Shown in pieces: positions 24,036 through 34,700 of a stretch of DNA of 64,000 nt (position 1 is its first letter; the number at the start of each line of letters is the position of its first letter). The stretch is taken from assembly GCA_964187785.1 (NCBI GenBank), contig OZ076409.1, positions 79,980,001 through 80,044,000 of the forward strand, given 5' to 3'. The notes under the pieces are model-generated. The model was not told the DNA's origin and did not search any database. It was given only the letters and a program-made list of their open reading frames with translations. The DNA comes from Amphiscolops sp. MND2022. Lineage: Eukaryota. The translations under genes were made by a program, and so were the position numbers.

Positions 24036-27000
24036 ATAGTCACTGTGACCTTCATACATCTTCATCACTAGTTGAGTTGAACACAACGTTGTTGAAATCT
24101 CATATCAACGCTCTTTTAATGGACCCCTTAGCACTTTGGAATGCCCATTCTGTACAAATCGATGAAAATTTGCTGTTTATCGACAGCAAAATGTTCGAAG
24201 TCATGGCCGAGAAACGATTCACGAACAAATACAGAAAATTCGAAAAGATCATTGACGATGCATTCGCCGGGTGTGGGTTAAATAACAAAGACTTACTCCG
24301 GAGAATTCCCATGAAAGGACAAAGCAAACCGACTGTGTGTATAGCAGTAAGTAACTTTTTTTCTAATTACCATTTTTGCAAGTGTCTATCTTTTTCGTAA
24401 AAGTCGTACTTCGCTGGCGTTTTGGATGCTTTTGGAGATTTGTGAATGTTCATTTAAATTGATATAATTGTGCAAACCGCGCGTTTTCTCTTGTCCACCA
24501 CCAATTGGCTACACGCCACGTTCTTGCAATTTAGTGGTCGCTTGCATTCGAAATCAATGCATTCATTTTGGAAAAAACTACGAACCACGATATGAAAATA
24601 AGTTCGGAAATTCATTTTGAAATTTTTTTCTCTTCATCTTTGTTTTTTGCCCTCATCCCCAAAAACTAAAAATACCTTTACTAAATACATAACTGAAACA
24701 TTTACATATCCACCACAAAAACCGTTTTCGAAAAAATATTCTTTTCAGGGAAAAATTGCGATGTTTTTAATCTTCCGAGGGTTCAAGGATTTCCAATGGA
24801 CCGACGCAAGGAAGAGATTTGTGGAATGCTTCGTCCCTCGATATTTGATTCCTTACGAAGATACTTTCAATTTTCCTCTTCTTGTAACACCAACCTTGAA
24901 TCCCCTTGCAATACGTACCTCGGATCTGTTTTCACCACCACCAACAATGGTGCTTGAAACAATGAATTCGCTTGCAACACCAAGAATGGACCTTGAAACA
25001 ATGAATTCGCTTGCAACACCAAGAATGGACCTTGAAACAATGAATTCGCTTGCAACACCAAGAATGAACCTTGAAACCATGGATTCGCATGCACCACCAA
25101 CAATGGACCTTGAAACCATGGATTCGCATGCACCACCAACAATGGACCCTGGAACCATGGATTCGCATGCACCACCAACAATGGACCCTGGAACCATGGA
25201 TTCGCGTGCACCACCAACAATGGACCCTGGAACCATGGATTCGCATGCACCACCAACAATGGACCCTGGAACCATGGATTCGCATGCACCACCAGCAATG
25301 GACCCTGGAACAATGGATTCGCATGCACCACCAACAATGGACCCTGGAACCATGGATTCGCATGCACCACCAACAATGGACCCTGGAACCATGGATTCGC
25401 ATGCACCACCAACAATGGACCTTGAAACAATGGATTCGCATGCACCACCAACAATGTACCTTGATGCAGCGACAAGCCCATACCCCCAAAAGAGGAGAAC
25501 AAAAAAATTGAACAAAGAAGCAGCCACTTGTTTCTGGAAAAAGGTCATCGATGAGGCCAACGATAATAAAGAAATTGGGTTCACTGAGTTTGTAGAACAA
25601 GTGAAAGACAATATTGTTAAACGGAAATACCAGGGATTCACAAAGAAGGAAGACGTGAATGTGGTGAAAATTCTAATCGACCGACTTTTTGAGAATCGAG
25701 GATCGACCAAGGAATTCAGTGACATTTTATCACTTACTGCTCAAACTGGAAATACAGAGGCAGTCATAAAACTTATCAGATCGAAACTTTCGGTAGTTGG
25801 CTTGGGATACAACGTAGTACCTTGTATACGCTTGATCAAGAAATCAACAGCTCAAATCCAGACCTATTTTGTTTCACTATGCCATCCCGAAAGAACGTTC
25901 TCCGGTTTCCGATGCGATCTGATAAAATGTGTTGAGTTGGCCGCATACTTGCTCGGAATGTATGATTTATGTGGTTTGAGAATTGATATCTGGGGCGACG
26001 GTTGTGAAATTGGAGGCCTGGAAACAACCCGTTTTGCCTTTCGAGTGTTATCGGAAAAAATTAGTTGCCAGTCATCAAGTTCAGTGTTCTGTTTTGCATC
26101 GTATCGAGGAAAAGACAGCCGATTCGCGATGGAACAGAACCTTGGACCAACTATAGCTGGTGATCAAAGTTCGGGTTGGCTCTACCAGAAAACGTCGGAG
26201 TTGTCAGATCGTGGTGTTAAACTAACCTACAGTGGAGATACACCATTTTTGCTACGCTTGATACTTGGAATTTCCTGTGAAACGAATTTCGAATCAAAAA
26301 TGCCACTTCATGTTCCTGATAATAGCTTTTTGCCAACAAATTGCCATCCTGAAACAGGTCTGAGAACCGATCTTAAGATACCTTTCCGAGAGGAACTGCC
26401 AAAAACATCCCTTGTTTATTTCCAAGACGTGCGATGTATATGCCCTGACCCGACGCACTAGATCACCAGATGTGTTGAAAACGACTTGAGGAGAGTGGCG
26501 CAGAAAATAATCACTGACAAGTATCCCGATTATGGCCCCTCACTCAAAGCCTTTGAAGAAAATCTTACACGACGTGATGCAAAAAGGCCATATTTCCAGT
26601 TCAATGTGAACACAAAACTAGGTTCTGGTGTTGGTACTGTGAACAGTGTGTCATTAGCCGGAAGTAATGCCCTATCTATTATAGCAGAAAAAGAAGAATT
26701 GGCTGGCGCAAATGATTGTTCAATAGGGAATCTTTTTGAAGATGTTTGGGATCCCACAAACGATGTTGTTATTGGGAGTGAATCAGCTGCTAGTGCTCAA
26801 ATACTAAAACAATTTCTCCCAGAACTTTTCGATAAGCCTCACCCTAGTGACAAGACATCCGCCAATCCATACATCTCGAAGACAGATGCATGTGAATTGC
26901 TGCGCTCCAGCCTGAACCGCTGTGCAATTCTCTTGAGATCTGAGCAGTTTGACGCCCAATGCTACAAGAAATGGGCTGAAATATATTATCAGACAAGCAT

Positions 27001-28128
27001 TTTGTTATTTGGTGAATGCTCATTGACACCATATAAGTTGAAGCTCGCAATGATGCCGCAGATTGTAGAAGGAGGGTTTGTGGAAAGACCTTTTGACCAC
27101 ATGTGCGAAGGGCTTGAAAAATCCAATCATCACGCAAATCGCTATTTCCAGACAAAAACCATGCGTGGTGGCGGTAATATTTACCATAAAGATCCTCTTT
27201 TCCTGGAATTGTCATCTTCATTTGGAAAATTCCTCCGTGCATCGATTGAATTGGAAACAATGAAGGATGATGGCTTGGAAATATCTGAAATACTTAAGAA
27301 ACTTGTTGATGATTTGGAAGCCAAATACCCCGGACCAACATACCTCGAAATTTGCAAGACCCCAATTTCCTCGACTTCTCTTGCAATCGGGAAATCGCAT
27401 CCCGATTCCCAACTTTTAAGTGGTATGAGGTTCACTTCAATTGGAAGATTAGGGGTAGTCGATGGGATTTCGTTAACGAAGGATGTTCTGATTAAACTTA
27501 TCAACGAAATGGGGGCATATTCATTGAACACGATCAAGCAGACGCCCTCATGAAGACACATTCACGACTGCCTAATTGCTTCGTTCTGGTCAAAGACGAA
27601 GAAGACCTAGTAATCGCCACAGGATCTGTGCAAGAAATTGAAGAACTGAAAAAGAAGATGCCGCCGGCGAAAAAACTAAGACTTTCCACGTCCCAGTCTT
27701 CAGATTCGGACAGTCAATACCCATCATCGCAACTCGCAGCAAAACAGAAAAAAGAAACTGCTCAATACTCACAAATTGCTCAGAAATTTGCCCAAGGAGG
27801 TCTAACTTTTTTGAAGAAGAATTTTATCATGGATGTCAAAAAAGTAGTTACGTTGTTAGACCCCAAAGATTACACCATCGCCCCCGGAAGTAATTTTCGT
27901 CGAGCCAGAGTAAATGATATGAGACCACTCTTCCTTGATCAAATATCAGGGAAAAAATCAAACGAGAATATATCGGCTGTGGCTTATCTCAAACGATACA
28001 GAAATGGACAAACGAGATTACCAAAACTCTTTTTCGAGAATGATGATGACACTTTTGCCGGAGAAATTGACAACATTGATGATGACGACGACAACTTAGA
28101 TGAAGAATGTTCTCAGATCACTTTGTAG
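24036..28128 (+). pseudogene. RAG1/Transib-related DDE transposase with 13-aa repeats, BRCT-like domain and acidic tail; one nonsense codon and one frameshift
   Basis: Exon 24036-24346 splices to 24749 onward. Motifs: RIDIWGDG (D1), TYSGDTPFLL (D2), CPDPTH (DxxH), LTPYKLKLAMMPQIVE, and CEGLEKSNH (E; compare RAG1 SEGNESGN). An in-frame TAG at 26459-26461 joins ORFs 24617 and 26486. A frameshift in the G-run near 27510 joins ORF 27550. Confidence 0.75.
24938..25462 (+). repeat. In-frame 39-bp coding minisatellite (13 x PPTMDPGTMDSHA-type + partial)
   Basis: ccaccaacaatggaccctggaaccatggattcgcatgca repeated 13 times; variant units TPRMDLETMNSLA at the 5' edge. Confidence 0.97.
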
Positions 28129-28379
28129 ACCCCAGAGTTCAACAAAAAATGGGACACCGTAATTATGTTGTGTTGATATTTGTGTTCATATCTAGCGATA
28201 CATTACTATTTCAAAATAATACTATTAGAATTCTGTTCTTGAATTTGCGTATCTCTGTGATAAACATAACTCCAATTTCAAGTTGTGAAAGATTTTTCAT
28301 ACTCTGCTGAAGATCAGATACAGTGAAGAGAAACCAACACATCGTACCCCGTTACGTCGCGAGAAGTAGAGGTTATGAT

Positions 28380-29225
28380 AAACCATGGTAAACCAATCGA
28401 AAAGTTGGAGTTAAACAAAATCTGCCAGATTTTATTTAAAAGCAAAACGAGGAAAAATGCCAGAAAATTATGAAACGCCATCCAAAATTGAACAATAGTT
28501 CCATGACACTAATACGGTTCTTTAAAATTTACATATTGAAATACTACTACCTTCGGTAGTTGTTTTCTTACAGTTTAAGATATGTATGCGGTTTCCACGA
28601 CACGTATAAAAATATGGTCTTACTTTCCACATTCGCTTTCGTGGCCATCGAACAGTGAATGCTATTTTGGTGGAATCCAAGACAATATGCTCAAAATGGT
28701 GGAAACCAGGACAATACAGTCAGATTTAAATATTGACGTACTAGCCCCTTTGGTAGTTGTTTTCTTACAGTTTAAGATTAGTATGCGGTTTCCACGACAC
28801 ATGTATAAAGATATGGTCTTACTTTCTATAGTCGTTTTGGGACCATTCAAAAACGAGCTCATTCGTTGAGTGCTAATGAAAAAATGGCAATTGATCAAAA
28901 TCTGCCATATTTTGATGACAAGACAGTTATGAATAAATGCCATGTTTTCAAAAAATGCCATGCAAAATTGATAGGTGTTTTCGTGAGACTAGGACTTTTG
29001 AGACAAATTTTGTGTTTATTACAAGTCAAGGAGAAAAGTATTCGTTGCTATTACATGTCATGATGGTTGGGACACCGGGGACAAAATATGGGCGGCCTGG
29101 TCGCGTTTACAATGTTCATATTCAGCTTCAAAATGTTCTGATTCACGGTTCAATAGCAATAGCTGAACAAAGAGAAATTGTTGATCTCACTTGTCCGTAA
29201 TTAGGATTCTAATTAATTGTTAGCC
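28380..29225 (-). repeat. Inverted linker-A-leader-S module, right flank of the transposase gene
   Basis: Reverse complement of the modules at 7950..8600, 11800..12460 and 23500..23770. Confidence 0.92.
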
Positions 29226-29492
29226 CAGAAAGGTTATTTATCAGTGTCCGCGTGTTCATTAAAGAAAGCGAGTAATGCATTAAAGCCACTTTCAGTGTGA
29301 AAAAACGCCAAGGTACCGTGAACAAAAGGGACGTTCCCTTTAGTTGAAATCTTTCAATGTTTGCTGAAATTTCGGTTACTGGTTTAACCAGTCTGGTTAT
29401 CATTCATTTGGAATACTGCCTAGCAAAAACGTCCATAATTTCGAAAAAAATTTTCTAACCATAATTTTGATACCTTCATATTATATCGCAAA

Positions 29493-29732
29493 ATGCCTCA
29501 GTGCATGGTCTGCCATGAAGAAACACGAACGAGCCTCCACGACCAACACTTCCTCTGTGAGGGATGCCGCAATCGTTGGATTGAGGTGAAGGATCGCGAC
29601 AACGAGCGCAGAGGGTGGGCCCAGGCGAGATTAGAAGTTGCGTGCCCCCTTTGCAGGAAGAACTGTGTCTTAAGGAACGGGCCCAGTGGAAGTGTAAGAA
29701 TCGATCCGTTTTTCGGATTTAGGATGCGCTGA
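29493..29732 (+). CDS. Small single-exon RING-variant zinc-finger protein (79 aa)
   Basis: C-x2-C...H-x2-H-x2-C-x2-C...CPLC (CMVC, HDQHFLCEGC, CPLC) with the RING-typical W after the third ligand pair. Confidence 0.7.
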   Translation: MPQCMVCHEETRTSLHDQHFLCEGCRNRWIEVKDRDNERRGWAQARLEVACPLCRKNCVLRNGPSGSVRIDPFFGFRMR

Positions 29733-29864
29733 CTGTCATTTAGACTTCTAGTACTAACCATTCCTAGTGCTAAACGACCCCACCATACATAAACTTTTAG
29801 TTCTCCCCAGTATACAGTGCTAAGTGTGTTGTAGAAACACCAGTGGTTTTAGTTTTTATTACAG

Positions 29865-30185
29865 TTATTCGTCGTTCATCGTTCCGCTGCTGTCTTGATT
29901 ACAAATTGACGCAATTATGCCTTTAAGTGTTTTTCTTTCTTGTTCGCATAATTCGTTCTCGCGTTCGCTTTCGCCGCCGGCCGTCCGTTCGCTCTCTCCT
30001 GCCACTTTTTCCTCACCTGTCATCTTTTCTCTGATTGGTTGCTTTGTTACTTCTTGCCGTTTCTGCTGATCTAAAACAATTTTCTCATTATCAATTTTGT
30101 TTACTGTAAACCAGTTATTCCATAGTTCTTTTATTTGGTTATTTTGGTGACTTGGCGAGGGATACCTGGAAAAATAGTCAACCAT
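29865..30185 (-). mobile_element. Short Gypsy pol fragment (end of RNaseH)
   Basis: VDYFSRYP, equivalent to DYLSRHP, followed by the WFTVNKI linker. Confidence 0.65.
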
Positions 30186-30834
30186 TCCTATCGTTCTGCC
30201 TGGTGAGTGCGTTACTGTGAATTGGAACGGTAATAACCTATCTACCCAGCGGGTAGATATCTACCTATCTCTCTACTTGCAAGGGTGTTAAAAAAATAAT
30301 TGGTCGAAAAATGATTAGCAATAAAATAAACACAATTTTTTATTATTAGGAGGTAGCAATTACAATTATTTATTTTTGGATGCAAATAATTGATTGTACT
30401 AAAGAACACAGTATTGAGACGCGTGCTAATGAGAGCGTCGGAGCGTCAAATGCATCAAATCATTATCATAATAACCAATGCCATATTAGCCAATGCCAAA
30501 ATATCCAACGTTACAAAATAGCTTATGCGGAAATAGCCAACGTGACATAATAATGACATATTCTTGAGGGGCAGATATACACATACTTTCGAAAATTCTC
30601 TATTGCCCAAACTACCGCCAGGAGTTCTAATTCATTTATTGAATAGTTTTGTTCAAAGGTGGTTAGAAATTCCCGTTCTGTTTTAGGTGCTGTGTCCGGC
30701 GAATTTCAGAAAGCTGGCAATCCTGACACAGCTGACAATCCCCCTGGTGTTGGCACTTCCCCGCCTGCAGACGTGTATCGCAGCGCCATGTGGAAGGACC
30801 CGAAGACATTAGTGTCAACATTCAACTGAACTTT

Positions 30835-31875
30835 TGAATTGCATTTTAAGCCAAATTTCGTTGTTATTAGAAGTCAAACAGTTAAAATATATCCCTAATA
30901 TCTTTCGTGAGGACAAAAAGGAGGCCTTTCAGTATACTAAAATGAAAAAAGATTTTGTGATGTTTTGGTCCCAATCGTGAGTAAAAAAAATTACTCACGA
31001 TTGGGACCAAAATTAGTCATGATTAATTTCACTTTTGAATTGCATTTTTAGCCAAAATTCGTTGCTATTAGAAGTTAGAGAGACAAATCATGTCCATAAT
31101 ATCTTTCGAGCGAACAAAAGCCGGCCTCTAAAATTGGTAACCAATCGAAAATGTAGATTTAATGAAATGGTACATTTAATGTACCATTTCATTAAATTCT
31201 GCCAGTTTTCAATAGTGAGCCAGATATGAATAAATGTCAGAATATTCTAAAACGTCATTGAATTTTGAGCAATTTTTCCATGACACTAATACGGTATATC
31301 AAAATTTCATTGTTGACGTACAATAATACAGTCAGAATTAAATATTAACGTACTACCCCCTTCGGTAGTTGTTTTCTTACAGTTTAAGATATGTATGCGG
31401 TTTCCGCGACACATGTATAATGATATGGTCTTACTTTCCACAGTCGCTTTCGTGGCCATCGAACAGTGAATGCTATTTTGGTGGAAACAAGGACAATACA
31501 GTCAGATTTAAATATTGACGTACTACCCCCTTTGGTAGTTGTTTTCTTACAGTTTAAGATATGTATATGGTTTCCACGACACATGTATAAAGACATGGTC
31601 TTACTTTCCACAATCGTTTTAGGACCATTCAAGAACGAACTCATTCGTTGAATGTTTATGGAAAAATGGCAGTTGATAAAAATCTGCTATATTTTGATGA
31701 CAAGACAGTTATAAATAAATGCCATTTTTTAATAAAATGCTTGCAAAATTGTTTTCAAGGTTTTCGTGAGACAAAGACTTTTTAAAGCCAAACTTTGTTG
31801 CTATTGGAAGTCAGACATTTAAAATATGTCCAAAAAATCTTTCGTGAGGACGAAAAAGAGGCCTCTTAGTATGCC
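30835..31875 (-). repeat. Inverted B-linker-A-leader-B block; right end of the repeat-punctuated island
   Basis: Palindrome 30963..31012, inverted A units at 31340..31660, and a B remnant at 31790..31870. Confidence 0.92.
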
Positions 31876-31935
31876 TATTTTCTCAATTTATAAAAGAGGA
31901 AATGTTATATAGCAAATAACAAATCGTCCAATCAG

Positions 31936-32010
31936 AGGCGCTATGGCCGAATGGTTAGAGCGTTGGCTTCCTAATTATAAAGTATCGAGTTCGAATCTCT
32001 CCGACCGCAA
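31936..32010 (+). other. tRNA-like sequence (SINE head or tRNA pseudogene)
   Basis: A box TGGCCGAATGGTTAGAGCG and B box AGTTCGAATC; acceptor and anticodon stems pair poorly. Confidence 0.55.
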
Positions 32011-32449
32011 AATCTTGGAATCCTTCGAAAAAATACATACTAGAAAAATTATATTTTGGTAATCGAACTTTGCTTTCTCGAAATTGTACATACTATTAAT
32101 AAAGTATCATCCTTGTACATACTACTATTATCAAAACTCAATTGCGTATCGTTTAATATAGGTAGTACCACGAGTATTAAGTAGCAACTGGGAGTGTTTG
32201 TATGTTTCGCCTTTTATCAGTATTCGTTTTCGCTTCCTTTGCCTTCGCTTCCTGTGGGTTGTGGCCCGTTACTTTTTGTGATCATCACATTTTGCCCGAA
32301 GAAGTCCGTTTTTGTGCGGTTTAGCTCTCTCCCCTGCGCAGTTCTCGTTCAGCTGTCTAGACCTGGAAATGAGTCAGAATTTTATCCAGTTTACAAAAAT
32401 GTTTGTTTGAAATTTCTGTGACAAAAATTATAAAAGTTGGAAATTGCAA

Positions 32450-33180
32450 ATACTGACAAAACTTAATATACTTGGCACTTTTTTTATTTTCACCAATTTA
32501 AAAAAAAAATTACATATCAATGGAACTTGTTTTGATTGACACGAAAAATCCAAGAAGTATGAATAGAGATACTCGTGACTGGTACCAAAAATGAAGCAAG
32601 TCATCAAATAATGGCAGATTGTGATGATCTGGCAGTTTGTTCAAAACTGGTACTAAACTCGAAAATACGAATATTTGTGTAATATAATATTCATTTTGCA
32701 TGATCATTATTAGAAAGGCAGAAGAACTGGAATTAATTCAATTTTATATCAAAGGAAATTGTTTTGATTGACACAAAAAATCCAAGAAGTACGAATAGAG
32801 ATACTCGTGACTGGTACCAAAAATGAAGCAAGTCATCAAATAATGGCAGATTGTGATGATCTGGCAGTTTGTTCAAAACTGGTACTAAACTTGAAAATAC
32901 GAATATTTGTGTAATATAATATTCATTTTGCATGATCATTATTAGAAAGGCAGAAGAACTTGAATTAATTCAATTTTATATCAAAGGAAATTGTTTTGAT
33001 TGACACAAAAAATCCAAGAAGTACGAATAGAGATACTCGTGACTGGTACCAAAAATGAAGCAAGTCATCAAATAATGGCAGATTGTGATGATCTTGCAGT
33101 TTTTTCAAAACTGGTAATAAACTGAAAAATACAAAAATTTTGTGTGATATTGGTGTGATTGTCTGAATCATTTTGAATTA
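32450..33180. repeat. AT-rich tandem repeat, ~3 units of ~223-232 bp
   Basis: ORFs 32510, 32733 and 32965 repeat the same text (…HHNLPLFDDLLHFWYQSRVSLF…). Confidence 0.93.
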
Positions 33181-33545
33181 ATATACGAAAAGTAGTGCAT
33201 AATATCATGTTTGTTCAGTCATCCACTTGAATTTAATTCAAACAAGAAATGCCGCGTATCGCGTCCAGCATAAAGTCGTGGAATCCAGGAAATTTACGAT
33301 TTCTGCAATCTGATTGGTTCATTTCGGAAAACTTACGTTTTTGTGGAATCCGGGACACCGCTGCATGCCGACAGTTCGTACAGCTAAGCATATGTTACTG
33401 GAATCCAGGACTAAATCCGTGGAATCCGGGACAAATGACGTAATTTGCCAATTTTGCACGGTTAAAGGTATGGTCTTGGAATCCACGATATTGAACGCAC
33501 TATGCTGCGCTTTCAGCAAATAAGGCTTGCCTGTGCACTGTAATG

Positions 33546-34700
33546 CAGCTCAAATTTCTCACTTTTGCCATCAAAGGTCATGGTATTTGAGTTGACCGGG
33601 CGTATGGTGAGTTGTTGGGCTGCTGGTCGATTCTGCATGTTCGTCAAGACGTCTGCCAGTCTGGTAATTGGATCAGGTTCAACAACCGTGGCGGGTCTTT
33701 CTTGTGCTGGGATCGTCGTGTCAAGGTTGATGTCCTCGTAGGACTGATCAAGGTGGTTTCGTGATAGAATCCGTCCCGTGAGAAACTGAGGAATTTGGTT
33801 TGGAGATTCGTTGTCTCCTGTCACCATGTCGTAAGCATTGGAATCCACTACACCATCATTTTGACGGTTACAATTAGGCTTACTAGTTGAACTGTCCTTA
33901 GGGTTACTATTTTGCAGTCCTTCGGAGTTTACTTCCGGTCTCTCTTTACGAAACGTTCCATCTACTCTGAGTCGAGTGTCCCGATCCGGCACTTAAGGCG
34001 GACTGAATCTGAGGCAATATCTGATTGCTGATTGCATCACTAATCGCTCTTTGAATCTGGGAATTGACACTACACATCATATCATCTAACTCCCTCGACA
34101 GTCTCGAGTTCAACTCGCTTGACAACTTGTTAATCTCAGCACTAGAATTACCTCCAGTTGAAATCTGGCCGTAATCGGCATTATTACCAGGACCTAAATC
34201 TCTTGTGGCTGAGTATCTAATTTCATCATTATTCTCTAACTCATCTGCAGAAGTACTACCAGGCCTTCTGCCAAAATTACTGCTAACACTTTCATCTCTC
34301 TCATTTCTATCGAAATGGTTTTCCCCTAACATAACATCGAGATTTTCTATGTCAGACAGCATTTCTATTCCTCTTGACTTCCTGGCCTTCTTTTGTCTTC
34401 TTGTAGTAGGCATTAAGAATTCGAGGTTGAATAATTTATTGGTGGTCTAGGTTTGCAATCTATAAAAGCGGAACAAACTAAGTTTCAGTATCATAAAGAC
34501 AATTGTGTCCACCTCCCGGAACGGGTAGGTATATATACTTCCGAGAGAATGGAATTTACATATTTACATACCCGCAATTTACAAATTCCTTAAGTCACGA
34601 GGTTAAGGCACAACACTGGTTAAAATGAGGCGGTTAGCACCTTATCAAAGAACTCTAGGAATTCATACTTGTTAGGGTCACGAAGTTATATCTTTCCATT
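33546..34700 (-). mobile_element. 5' part of a Gypsy element (gag N-terminus, frameshifted, truncated) with leader
   Basis: MPTTRRQKKARKSRGIEMLSDIENLDVMLGENHF…, then …IRPVNSNTMTFDGKSEKFEL, cut at ~33546. This is a gag-like FDG motif; family assignment is from recognition only. Confidence 0.7.

Noticed and set aside
24853-25725. Long alternative-frame and antisense ORFs over the 39-bp repeat
   Set aside because: By-products of a stop-free tandem repeat; only the plus frame continues into transposase motifs.
809-31651. Many near-identical short ORFs (MFSYSLR…, MNGPKTIVESK…, MATKATVES…, MPCFQKMPCK…)
   Set aside because: They are translations of the A repeat and S module, with no recognisable domains and variable stops.
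690-31875. CRISPR-like or integron-like repeat/spacer array (A repeats separating unique segments and TE fragments)
   Set aside because: Units are 199 bp and tandem, the spacers are kilobases of irregular length, several blocks are intronic in eukaryotic genes, and no cas or integron integrase gene is present.
28129-31875. RAG2-like partner gene downstream of the RAG1-like transposase
   Set aside because: No kelch/beta-propeller or PHD-like ORF seen on either strand.
31936-32010. Functional tRNA gene
   Set aside because: A and B boxes are present but the cloverleaf stems do not pair; the same holds for 55058..55130.
1-33545. Polinton/Maverick, Helitron or endogenous large DNA virus as the identity of the island
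   Set aside because: No protein-primed polymerase, capsid, packaging ATPase, Rep/helicase or viral core gene found in the window; cannot be excluded beyond the left edge.
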